Part shown: piece by piece, positions 1 to 7,734 of the stretch | Position numbering within the stretch: the stretch's first letter is position 1 | Layout of the letters: every line of letters starts with the position of its first letter | Assembly (NCBI GenBank): GCA_033762295.1 | Contig: JANRLW010000126.1 | Span: forward strand, 1-64,000 | DNA: 64,000 bases | DNA from: Capsulimonadales bacterium | Lineage (GTDB): Bacteria > Armatimonadota > Armatimonadia > Armatimonadales > Armatimonadaceae | Direction of reading: 5' to 3' | Program-made: the position numbers and the translations under genes | Notes under the pieces: model-generated | Database searches by the model: none | Told to the model about the DNA's origin: nothing | What the model saw: the letters and a program-made list of their open reading frames with translations, nothing else

Positions 1-241
1 CGAAGGACGCCAACTGCAACGCCTGTAGACAAAATGAGGATAATCGGGCGTTCGCTTCCCGCTCTTCGGTCGTCTCCTTCTGCCACCATTGCCGTTCGAC
101 GGTGCGTTCCTCTCGCCTCTCCTCGTCCCTCGCTTCCGCCAGGGTTGCGACCACCGCCGGAACATATTCCTTGACCACGCGCCCATCGATCCGCCGGGCA
201 CTGTAGTAGTACGATCTGTTTCCCCGCGTTTCCCAGGCCAT
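1..241 (-). CDS. Hypothetical protein of the mobile element (partial, runs off the window): MAWETRGNRSYYYSARRIDGRVVKEYV...
   Basis: Translated by hand; open from ATG 241 to the window edge, AAGGAG RBS upstream; not in the ORF track because no stop falls inside the window. Confidence 0.7.
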   Translation of the reverse strand, partial: MAWETRGNRSYYYSARRIDGRVVKEYVPAVVATLAEARDEERREERTVERQWWQKETTEEREANARLSSFCLQALQLASF

Positions 242-415
242 GGGTTTTTCGCACTCCTTGTGCAACAAATTTCTCAAATGCACCGGTCAAAGGGACCGCC
301 CTACAATCGTCGTTCGTCCGCCAAAATCGGCCAAATGGGGGATTTTATTGGTGTACCCGGTATTAGACTTTAAATGAGTCCGATCCTGAAATCACCGTAG
401 AAAGGATGGAATGCT

Positions 416-811
416 ATGAGCATCGTTGCCATTGAAATCGATTCTCCGGAAGTTAGAATTTCCGAAGAAACAAGAATGACCGTCAGCGACGTCAGCCTCC
501 ATTACGAACCATCCGGGGGCGTTTTGACCTACACCGATAGCGAAACAGGAGAGGTCAAACAGCTTCCTGTGGAGCAGGTGAACGAAGTCTATACCCAACT
601 CTCTCGTGTGTTCTGGGTTCAGCTGAAGCGAAATGCATCGACTGGTTTCGCGCCCGTGACCATCGACCTTCATCGCAAGGGCAAGGATTTCGTTTTCGAA
701 ATGAGGTCGGCCTTTCAATCGACCAATCTGACCGTACCGGCACCAACCGTGATCGAATTGGCTTGGGGCGTCACGCCAACTCAGCACGTAACATCGATTG
801 CATTCCGTTAG
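416..811 (+). CDS. Hypothetical protein (element cargo, 131 aa)
   Basis: GAAAGGA RBS; globular beta-rich composition; opposite strand to the replication operon. Confidence 0.6.
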   Translation: MSIVAIEIDSPEVRISEETRMTVSDVSLHYEPSGGVLTYTDSETGEVKQLPVEQVNEVYTQLSRVFWVQLKRNASTGFAPVTIDLHRKGKDFVFEMRSAFQSTNLTVPAPTVIELAWGVTPTQHVTSIAFR

Positions 812-817
812 CCCTCC

Positions 818-894
818 GCTAAGGTGGTCACTAAGATGCCTAAGATGCCCATATACCGGGAATGACCACCTTAGGCGTTAGTGACCACCTTAGC
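818..894. repeat. Iteron/inverted-repeat cluster, putative replication origin of the element
   Basis: Perfect 17-bp IR GCTAAGGTGGTCACTAA (818-834) / TTAGTGACCACCTTAGC (878-894); five copies of CTAAGRTGS (819, 831, 840 forward; 866-874 and 885-893 reverse), directly downstream of the primase-helicase. Confidence 0.7.
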
Positions 895-916
895 CAAACG
901 GAAAATGGAACGGACA

Positions 917-3049
917 TCAGAAGGGGGCATCCTCCGTTCCCGGCAACGACCAGAACCAACCACCTCCGCTGCCGATGCCCCCTGTTCGCTTCGGCTTTAT
1001 CCCTAACCGCTTCGCCGCACGCCGAATCGTCTTCTCCGATAAACCCCCGTTCTTGCCATGCGTGAAGATGGATGCCGCCGAGGTTGGGCCGTCTTCCAAA
1101 ATCTCCCGCAGGAACTCGTCGGCTTCGTCAATGGCTGAACTGACTTCCTCGGTATCGCCCGGAACAAGAAGCGAGTCGGCGGAATGACTGGTCTCTCCCT
1201 CGAACTGCACCCGGCCGACTTCCCCCACGTCGACCAGGCGGAACGCCAGCGAGGGCGCGAACTTCGAAAGGTTGTTCTTGATCGCGGCGAGGATGCGCCG
1301 TTCCTCGTCGTCAGGGTCACGAGCAACCAGCAGCTCCGACCGTGCCGCCCCGGTTATCCCGATGGAACCGCCTCCCCGATACATCGCATTCGAACCGCCC
1401 CCTTTCGTCAGGTGCCGCAATATCAGAACGGCGCATCCGGTATCCTCCGCGATGAACGAGAGTGCGGCCATCACCTTACGAATGTCCTGATCCTTGAACG
1501 AGTTGACCGTTCCGGACAGGACCGCCATCAGCGGGTCGATGATCAGCAGGCCGGCACCGTACCGCCGAATCAGTTCTCCGATCTCGTTCAGGTCATCGGG
1601 CAGGACAGGAGGACGGACATACTCCCGCGCATTCTCTTCCTCACCGACCCGTTCCTTGAACTGCGGGATATGCACTCGGGTAAGGTCCGCTCCGGCTGCC
1701 TCCAGGCGCGGCCGGATTGTATCAGCCACCCCATCTTCGAGCGAGAGCAGCAGTACGTCGGACGAGGGGACACCATCGGGCATATCAGGCAGAGGCGTGC
1801 CCCGCGACACGGATGCAGCGATTTGCAGGGAAAGCGTTGACTTTCCGAGCCCTGGGTCGCCGGTAAAGAGCGTAATTTTGCCTTTGGCGATCCGACGATG
1901 CCACAACCATTCGACCTCCTCCCGTTCCACATCAGCGATGGTGACCACATCGACGATCCCTGAACTCGTGACCTTCGGCGCATCGCGTGACCGGGACAGA
2001 TTCGGCAGACCGCTGGTTCCGTTTCGAACCTTGTTGGTTCGTGTTTCGTTCCTGTCGCCCAGCAGTTCTCGCACGGAATACCAATCCTTGCCCGCGCATG
2101 AGGCATGAGAGCAATGGTAGGCTGCCGCGCCCCGATCAGTGACATAGAAAGCAGCATCCGGGCTCTTGTGGTCGGCGTTGAAAAGGCAGTCCGTCTGCCA
2201 TTTCCGCCCGCCCCGATAGTCAACGGGGCTTTCGGTGACCAACCCGTGCTTCCGAAGGAAGGCTTCCATGTCAAACGGTCCCGCTGTCGTATAGCTGCCA
2301 TTGGCGGCGAAGACGGTACTCTTCGGATCGCCCTCTTTCTGCGCGCCTGCCAGTTCGGAAAGACAGGATACCGGCACGGCCTCCAACGACGACGGGACGA
2401 ACAGAATCTTCGAACAGCGGTGCGGCCGTTCTGAAGTGTTGTCACCTTTCCGAACCGGAGTGCCGTAAAGTTTCGTGATCCGGGAAGCATTCGAAACAGT
2501 AATGTCGACGGAAACCCGGTCATCATCGAACTTCTGCGCGAGCGCCTTCAAACAGCGTTCAATAAGCTGGCGCGACGGTTCGTCGTTGGGCAGGTCAATC
2601 CGGTACAGGAGATGACCGCCATTACCGGAATCCGCGTACACGGGTTTGGGCCAACCTTGTGTCTGCAATCGCCGACCGATGTCCCGACACCGTTCCAGTG
2701 CGGCGGTATGCTCCTCGTCGGTCGAAGACACTCCTGAAACCCGTTTGGCGTCGATGTCGACCAGCAGCCACCGCCGCTGCGTGACATGCTGATCCGTAGT
2801 CGTGTCTGCAATGAACTCTGTTAGTCGGTTAGCCGACCGTGCCAGCAAATCCGGGTTCAGTCGGTTGAGGGTGACATAGATTCCTTTCGCCCTTTCCAGG
2901 TAGGGCACAACATCGCGCCCCACCTTTTCAAAATCATTGTAATAACCGGCGACGACGCCTTTGCCGCGCAGGGCATTGAGGATTCGAACCTCGGCAACAT
3001 CGCCAGGTTCGAGAAGAGTCGTCAGGGTGGAAACGATTACCTCACTCAT
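917..3049 (-). CDS. Primase-helicase fusion: N-terminal AEP/RepB-like primase, Zn-binding segment, AAA_25 (RepA-like) helicase, C-terminal HTH
   Basis: LLVDID and DSGNGGHLLY primase motifs; CLFNADH...HCSHASC; Walker A GDPGLGKS; Walker B LLIIDP. Confidence 0.85.
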   Translation of the reverse strand: MSEVIVSTLTTLLEPGDVAEVRILNALRGKGVVAGYYNDFEKVGRDVVPYLERAKGIYVTLNRLNPDLLARSANRLTEFIADTTTDQHVTQRRWLLVDIDAKRVSGVSSTDEEHTAALERCRDIGRRLQTQGWPKPVYADSGNGGHLLYRIDLPNDEPSRQLIERCLKALAQKFDDDRVSVDITVSNASRITKLYGTPVRKGDNTSERPHRCSKILFVPSSLEAVPVSCLSELAGAQKEGDPKSTVFAANGSYTTAGPFDMEAFLRKHGLVTESPVDYRGGRKWQTDCLFNADHKSPDAAFYVTDRGAAAYHCSHASCAGKDWYSVRELLGDRNETRTNKVRNGTSGLPNLSRSRDAPKVTSSGIVDVVTIADVEREEVEWLWHRRIAKGKITLFTGDPGLGKSTLSLQIAASVSRGTPLPDMPDGVPSSDVLLLSLEDGVADTIRPRLEAAGADLTRVHIPQFKERVGEEENAREYVRPPVLPDDLNEIGELIRRYGAGLLIIDPLMAVLSGTVNSFKDQDIRKVMAALSFIAEDTGCAVLILRHLTKGGGSNAMYRGGGSIGITGAARSELLVARDPDDEERRILAAIKNNLSKFAPSLAFRLVDVGEVGRVQFEGETSHSADSLLVPGDTEEVSSAIDEADEFLREILEDGPTSAASIFTHGKNGGLSEKTIRRAAKRLGIKPKRTGGIGSGGGWFWSLPGTEDAPF

Positions 3050-3434
3050 TCCACGCTCCTTGATCGAACCCTTGAATCAATCCTGCGTACCATCGGTGGG
3101 CGACGATGCGATGCGCGAAGTCATGCGCCAAGCTCCGATTTTGCGCAATCGCGGTGACGATCTCTTCCACCGTCCGAACATGCTGCGGGGCGGTAATCTC
3201 CAGTTCCGCCGCCGTTGCCGTCAGTCCCGCAGCGATGTCTCGGATCAGGCGTTCGGCTTCGACATCGAAGTTCCCGTCGAATCGGATTGGCGTTGTGAAT
3301 GCCCGACCGATGGCGACATCCTGTGCTTCGGGAGTGAGAAGTGCAAGGAAGGGAGCAATCCCCCCGGTGCTGTGCCGGGGGAGCGTCTCCTTCCCTTGAG
3401 TCATGTTGACAGGTCGGGAAGGAGTCCTGTTCAT
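3042..3434 (-). CDS. Hypothetical protein
   Basis: Overlaps the primase start and the upstream stop (translational coupling). Confidence 0.65.
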   Translation of the reverse strand: MNRTPSRPVNMTQGKETLPRHSTGGIAPFLALLTPEAQDVAIGRAFTTPIRFDGNFDVEAERLIRDIAAGLTATAAELEITAPQHVRTVEEIVTAIAQNRSLAHDFAHRIVAHRWYAGLIQGFDQGAWNE

Positions 3435-3646
3435 CGCTTCCCCCCTCTCTTTCCGAAGATCGCGATACGAAGTGCCCTGATCGCTTCAGGTGTTAGTCCG
3501 TCGCTGCCGTGGTAGCCCTCGGCTTTCAGTTCCTGAAGCAGAGCCGGATCGAGCGACTTCCCAATTGACGAACGGCGCTTTTTGCCATAAAATGGCAATG
3601 GTTGCATATAAACACTCCTGTGCCCAACGTTGTCCCCGTCGGGCAT
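3431..3646 (-). CDS. Small hypothetical protein
   Basis: ATGA overlap with the next gene; its 3' end contains the RBS for the next gene; start uncertain. Confidence 0.45.
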   Translation of the reverse strand: MPDGDNVGHRSVYMQPLPFYGKKRRSSIGKSLDPALLQELKAEGYHGSDGLTPEAIRALRIAIFGKRGGKR

Positions 3647-3690
3647 CCTTCGTGAACGACCGCTCCCAACCGCCGGGAGCGGTTTTTCGG

Positions 3691-3861
3691 TCAGTGGCCC
3701 GTTTCATTCTCGGTTGGGCCGGGGGACGACGTTGTATCGGCGTCAATTCGTGCGGCGATGCGACACAGGATCTGCGATGCCCGGGCTATTCGATGCACTA
3801 TCTCGCCTTTTGATAATCGTGACGGATGTAAAGTCACGGTGACGGTGGATTGACGCGCCAT
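3691..3861 (-). CDS. Small hypothetical protein (56 aa, MARQSTVTVTLHPSRLSKGEIVHRIARASQILCRIAAR...)
   Basis: Translated by hand; its ATG overlaps the TGA of the excisionase gene (TGATG); shorter than any ORF listed in the track. Confidence 0.5.
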   Translation of the reverse strand: MARQSTVTVTLHPSRLSKGEIVHRIARASQILCRIAARIDADTTSSPGPTENETGH

Positions 3862-4055
3862 CAGACTTTACCTACAAAGGGTGTGGGCATCCGACTGGTT
3901 TCATCGATCCAACGATTCCAAGCCCTCTGCGGAATGTAAATGCGTCGCCCAACGTAGACAAAAGGAATCTGTCTTCGCTTAGCCATCTGATAAACGCGGC
4001 CAGGTTTCACCCCAAGGCTTTGTGCGACAACTGAGACATCAAGAAGCTTTTCCAT
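3861..4055 (-). CDS. Excisionase/AlpA-type helix-turn-helix protein (HTH_17)
   Basis: MEKLLDVSVVAQSLGVKPGRVYQMAKRRQIPFVYVGRRIYIP...W matches the Xis/HTH_17 pattern; AAAGGA/GGAG RBS before ATG 4055. Confidence 0.85.
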   Translation of the reverse strand: MEKLLDVSVVAQSLGVKPGRVYQMAKRRQIPFVYVGRRIYIPQRAWNRWIDETSRMPTPFVGKV

Positions 4056-4137
4056 CTCCGTGCATCCTTTCGTACTATTCTTCATTTGTTTTACTAGATG
4101 CGTTAGAATGAATAGTAATGCATCCAACGAAAGGAAC

Positions 4138-5670
4138 ATGAAAATGCAACCACGGGACAAGAATCAGGTATGGCAGATGGTTGAGGAACGTCTAGGCCCG
4201 ATCGATCTGGAATTGCGTTTGCATATCTTCGAAGACCATGAAATTTTGGATCATTGTGTTGATCCCATGAATGGTCTTCCATTTGAGGACAACTTCGACG
4301 CTCTGATCGCCCTCATAGAACGAGAGTCCAAATGGAAAAGGAACACACGTACTAGCGGGGGGCGCAGCAGTAATCCTGATGATCAGCCCGAATTTCAACC
4401 GTATGCTCCCACGGAAGCGGAGCGTCGCATGCAGATAGCCTATTGTCTTTATATTGAGGCTGACGTCTCACAGCTTCCGCATGTTTTGGAATTCCGTAGC
4501 AAACTACCGGAAGTCTTTTTCCATGAAGGCGATGTGTGGTCGTTTCTTAGCTCACCACTATCACGGTTATTGAGCTTTGAACAACTGAACGCAATTGGCC
4601 CCGGTGGCCATAAACTTCCCCCGCACCGTTACAAAATCGTAGAAACATTAGGTAGCCCCCGTACCGTTCAAGTCCAAATCTATGATGAGCAAATGTCTCT
4701 ACGATTAGTATTGGATAGGCCTTATTCCGGAGGACCTACCTTGCGTATGGAAAGACACGTGCCGATTCCCGGACGCCATCGGATTTCCGGGGCATTTCGG
4801 CCCAATTCTAAATTGCGTGAAAAGAACATTCGGTCCGGATTTCCTTCAAATCCTCTCGACAAGTTTCCGCATGATGAGGAGAGCCCAATCAACGGTGCGT
4901 TTGACGGTTCTGAGATAGCCGGATTCCGGGGAACCGTAACTGGTGAAACCTTGGGCCTTGGGGCCTGGCTCGCGGATCAATATGCGCTGAGGGATGACGA
5001 AGCGGTTGTCCTATTACTTACGGGCAAACTTCCTTATCGGACACGAGAAGGCAGTCCCATTGTTGTCGACAATGGGACCCTTCCTATTTACGAGCCGACG
5101 GGCCGTTTTGCCTATAAGGGAGTTGGACCGATCGTTCTGACGATTCAACCATGGGTTCCTGCTGAAAGTGTCAAGCAACATTTTCTTTACCTTCAACACT
5201 CCTTGTATGCAGGCGATAATAAACCGATGCGAAAAGGTCCGGAAAACCAGCCATCGTGGAAGAGTCTCAATCTTTTCGCATTTGTTTGTGAAAAACAGAC
5301 TGAAGGCTGTCGAGCGATATACGCGAAGTGGAAGGTATCCGTCGCGGGGGGAGTACTTCCTTCGAACGAGTTTTGGAAAACGTACCGGCGGGTTCGGGAA
5401 CGATTATTTCCACCATTGCCACTCACACGTTTCTTGCGCCTTTATTTGGCGGAAAGCAGAAAGGAAACCGAAGAGGCGATTCGCCTCAAGGAAAGACAGA
5501 GAATCGGTCAATCGCCAGAAACGGTCGACGAGATCAACCGAGAGATAGAAACGCTTCGGAAATGGGGACTAAACGAGGACGTTCAAGCAGCCATACGAAA
5601 ACGTTGTAAGGATTTTCTAGAAGCCAAGCAAAAGCCCAAAAAACGAAAAACGAGCCCGTCATCAGAATAA
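4138..5670 (+). CDS. Large hypothetical protein divergent from xis (~510 aa)
   Basis: Long ORF in a lower-GC region, GAAAGGA RBS before ATG 4138; no family recognised. Confidence 0.75.
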   Translation: MKMQPRDKNQVWQMVEERLGPIDLELRLHIFEDHEILDHCVDPMNGLPFEDNFDALIALIERESKWKRNTRTSGGRSSNPDDQPEFQPYAPTEAERRMQIAYCLYIEADVSQLPHVLEFRSKLPEVFFHEGDVWSFLSSPLSRLLSFEQLNAIGPGGHKLPPHRYKIVETLGSPRTVQVQIYDEQMSLRLVLDRPYSGGPTLRMERHVPIPGRHRISGAFRPNSKLREKNIRSGFPSNPLDKFPHDEESPINGAFDGSEIAGFRGTVTGETLGLGAWLADQYALRDDEAVVLLLTGKLPYRTREGSPIVVDNGTLPIYEPTGRFAYKGVGPIVLTIQPWVPAESVKQHFLYLQHSLYAGDNKPMRKGPENQPSWKSLNLFAFVCEKQTEGCRAIYAKWKVSVAGGVLPSNEFWKTYRRVRERLFPPLPLTRFLRLYLAESRKETEEAIRLKERQRIGQSPETVDEINREIETLRKWGLNEDVQAAIRKRCKDFLEAKQKPKKRKTSPSSE

Positions 5671-5671
5671 G

Positions 5672-5896
5672 TCAGGTTTTGTCCGTCAAACCGTTTTTGT
5701 TTTCTGCATTACGCTTCATAGACTCGCTCTGTTTCCGCCGCGATTCTTCTGATGGACTGAATCCCTTGGGACGGCCGCCTTTTTTCGCGTTCTCGCGGGA
5801 GGTGGCCGCCTTCCTTTCCGAGCGAACGCTGCCTAATAGACGTGCTGCTTCGCTTTTGAGCCTTTTAACCTCGTCGTCGGTCGTGTTCGGTTCCAT
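5672..5896 (-). CDS. Small basic DNA-binding-like protein (RENAKKGGRPK plus NUMOD3-like SEESRRKQSESMK)
   Basis: Motifs typical of small phage/MGE basic proteins; TAAAAT 7 nt upstream of the ATG. Confidence 0.6.
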   Translation of the reverse strand: MEPNTTDDEVKRLKSEAARLLGSVRSERKAATSRENAKKGGRPKGFSPSEESRRKQSESMKRNAENKNGLTDKT

Positions 5897-5921
5897 GCTT
5901 TCTATTTTACCTCATCTTCTA

Positions 5922-5950
5922 TTGCACTATTACCTATCGTTAGGTATAAT
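5922..5950 (+). promoter_or_regulatory. Sigma70-type promoter of the recombinase with an internal palindrome
   Basis: TTGCAC-N17-TATAAT; TACCTA-N4-TAGGTA at 5931-5946. Confidence 0.6.
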
Positions 5951-5973
5951 ACGGCAAGAAGGAAACGATTGCC

Positions 5974-7575
5974 ATGGGAAAGCCTCGAAAACCGAATGCT
6001 GGGACACTACGATACGCCGTTTATCTTCGCTGTTCGACCGATGAACAGGCCGATAAGGAATATTCGACTGTTGAGGCGCAGCGGGGGATCACTGCCGGAT
6101 TCGTCGCAGGAAAGAGCGGTATTCTTTTTCGGGAATACACCGACGAGGGACGCACCGGTACGAACCTGAACCGACCAGGGTACAAGGCTTTGCTGGCCGA
6201 TGCGGCAGCGGGAAAGTTTGACGCCGTCGTAGTCACATACATGAGCCGCCTGGGGCGAGGGGAAGCATACACCGTCGCGAAGCATGAACTGGCGAAGTAC
6301 GGGGTAACCATCGAAACGGTGAAGGAGTCCTTCGGCGACGGAATGGCGGGGTATATGGGGCGAACGCTCCAGAACCTGATAGATGGAATGTATCCCGTTA
6401 TGGTTTCCGGTTGGACGAAGACGAAGTTGGATGCAATGTTCGAGCAGGGCTTTTACTGCGGTGGTGGCGTACCTTTCGGCTTTTCTGTGGCGACTGCGCC
6501 AGGATTCACAGCAGGAACCTCCGATGCTCCAAAAATCCTTATGCCGAACGATGATGCTGCCATTGTGCGTGAAGCCTTTAACCGCTTTCTCTCCCGACGA
6601 CAAATCGCGGATGTTGTGAACTATCTCCGGGCGGCGACGGTCGAGAACTGGACGACAACCAAGGCAAAACGGTTACTCTCGAACCCTGTCTATTTGGGGC
6701 ACTCGGTTCGGAAGGGTAATACCCGCCGGGACACCTTTACTCCGATTGTTAGTGAAGGGCTTTTTGACATGGTTCAAGAGGCACTGGCGATTGTCCCGGA
6801 GCAGACCGGCCGTTCGCGACGGACTGACATCGATTATAGCGGCTATTACCTTCGGGGGAATGTCTTCTGTAATCACTGTGGTTGCCGGATGTCCCCGGGC
6901 AAATGTTACGGTCGAAATGGTGCCGTCCGTTATTACGTCTGTGGCGATGCGACGAAAGGTAAAACCTGTAGCATCCAACGCGTCAATGCCTTCTCACTTC
7001 ACGACGCGATACTTTCCGAAATCGAAAAGGCGGCCCGGTTTCCTTCACGGTTAGCCGGCCTTCTCCGTGAGGCAATCAAGCAACTTCCCGCAACGGATTC
7101 GGTGGGCCAGCAGTTGAAATCGGGAAAACGACGGTTGGCCGAAAAGGAATGCCTGGTCAACGCGTTGGCCGATAAGGTTGCCACCGCCGGATCGGGAGCG
7201 GGACTGAACGCGATTCTTCGCCGTCTGGATGCTCTGGAGTTGGAACGTGTCGCGATGGTTCAGGAGGTTGCCCGTCTGGAACGGCAGATGGAAGAGACCA
7301 AAATACGCCGTCCTGACGTCTCAGAACTACTGGAGACATACCAGCGATTCATGGAATTGTGGGGCAAGGCAACGGAAGAGGAAAAAGACGAACTGCTTCC
7401 CTTGTTGGTCGAACGAGTGGAAATGACGGGGAAGGGGGAGGCGAACATTCATTTGCTGTTTGTTTCTCCCGATTTCGATCTGTCTTTGAGAGGTATGGTT
7501 CGCGCTAACGAGCCATTAAGGGAGGATAATGGGATTCGAACCCACGGCCTTCAGAGCCACAATCTGACGCTCTAA
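5974..7575 (+). CDS. Large serine recombinase (integrase)
   Basis: YLRCST catalytic Ser motif, SRLGR, recombinase domain, Zn ribbon CNHCGC...YYVC...C, coiled coil. Confidence 0.93.
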   Translation: MGKPRKPNAGTLRYAVYLRCSTDEQADKEYSTVEAQRGITAGFVAGKSGILFREYTDEGRTGTNLNRPGYKALLADAAAGKFDAVVVTYMSRLGRGEAYTVAKHELAKYGVTIETVKESFGDGMAGYMGRTLQNLIDGMYPVMVSGWTKTKLDAMFEQGFYCGGGVPFGFSVATAPGFTAGTSDAPKILMPNDDAAIVREAFNRFLSRRQIADVVNYLRAATVENWTTTKAKRLLSNPVYLGHSVRKGNTRRDTFTPIVSEGLFDMVQEALAIVPEQTGRSRRTDIDYSGYYLRGNVFCNHCGCRMSPGKCYGRNGAVRYYVCGDATKGKTCSIQRVNAFSLHDAILSEIEKAARFPSRLAGLLREAIKQLPATDSVGQQLKSGKRRLAEKECLVNALADKVATAGSGAGLNAILRRLDALELERVAMVQEVARLERQMEETKIRRPDVSELLETYQRFMELWGKATEEEKDELLPLLVERVEMTGKGEANIHLLFVSPDFDLSLRGMVRANEPLREDNGIRTHGLQSHNLTL

Positions 7576-7595
7576 CCTACTGAGCTATACCCTCC
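7521..7595 (-). tRNA. tRNA-His(GUG), CCA not encoded
   Basis: Cloverleaf: acceptor GAGGGTA/TATCCTC with G-1:C73, D arm, anticodon arm TCAGA-TTGTGGC-TCTGA, T loop TTCGAAT. Confidence 0.96.
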
Positions 7596-7609
7596 GCAAA
7601 CGCGCCGTC

Positions 7610-7638
7610 ATTTTATCGCGAGGACGTCCCGTCGTCAA
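7610..7638 (-). promoter_or_regulatory. tRNA-His promoter
   Basis: TTGACG-N17-TAAAAT on the minus strand just upstream of the tRNA. Confidence 0.65.
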
Positions 7639-7734
7639 GATGCGCCACGCCGCCCGAACCGTGACTGCCACATCCCTGGGCGGCCCGCCGATCGGACCGT
7701 CCGGACCGGGTAGAATACGCACGAGGAGTACCTA

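Larger units (their letters stand above)
1..7520. mobile_element. Integrative element (satellite/ICE-like island), right portion; integrated at the 3' end of tRNA-His; left end lies outside the window
   Basis: Large serine recombinase abutting and overlapping tRNA-His, excisionase-type HTH, primase-helicase, iteron cluster, visibly lower GC than the flanking host genes. Confidence 0.85.

Noticed and set aside
3486..3746. Alternative minus-strand ORF overlapping 3431-3646 and 3691-3861
   Set aside because: It conflicts with two ORFs that show start/stop coupling; it cannot be excluded but is less supported
7596..7734. Possible cobalamin riboswitch upstream of the BtuF-like genes
   Set aside because: The region is short, holds the tRNA promoter, and shows no convincing B12-box
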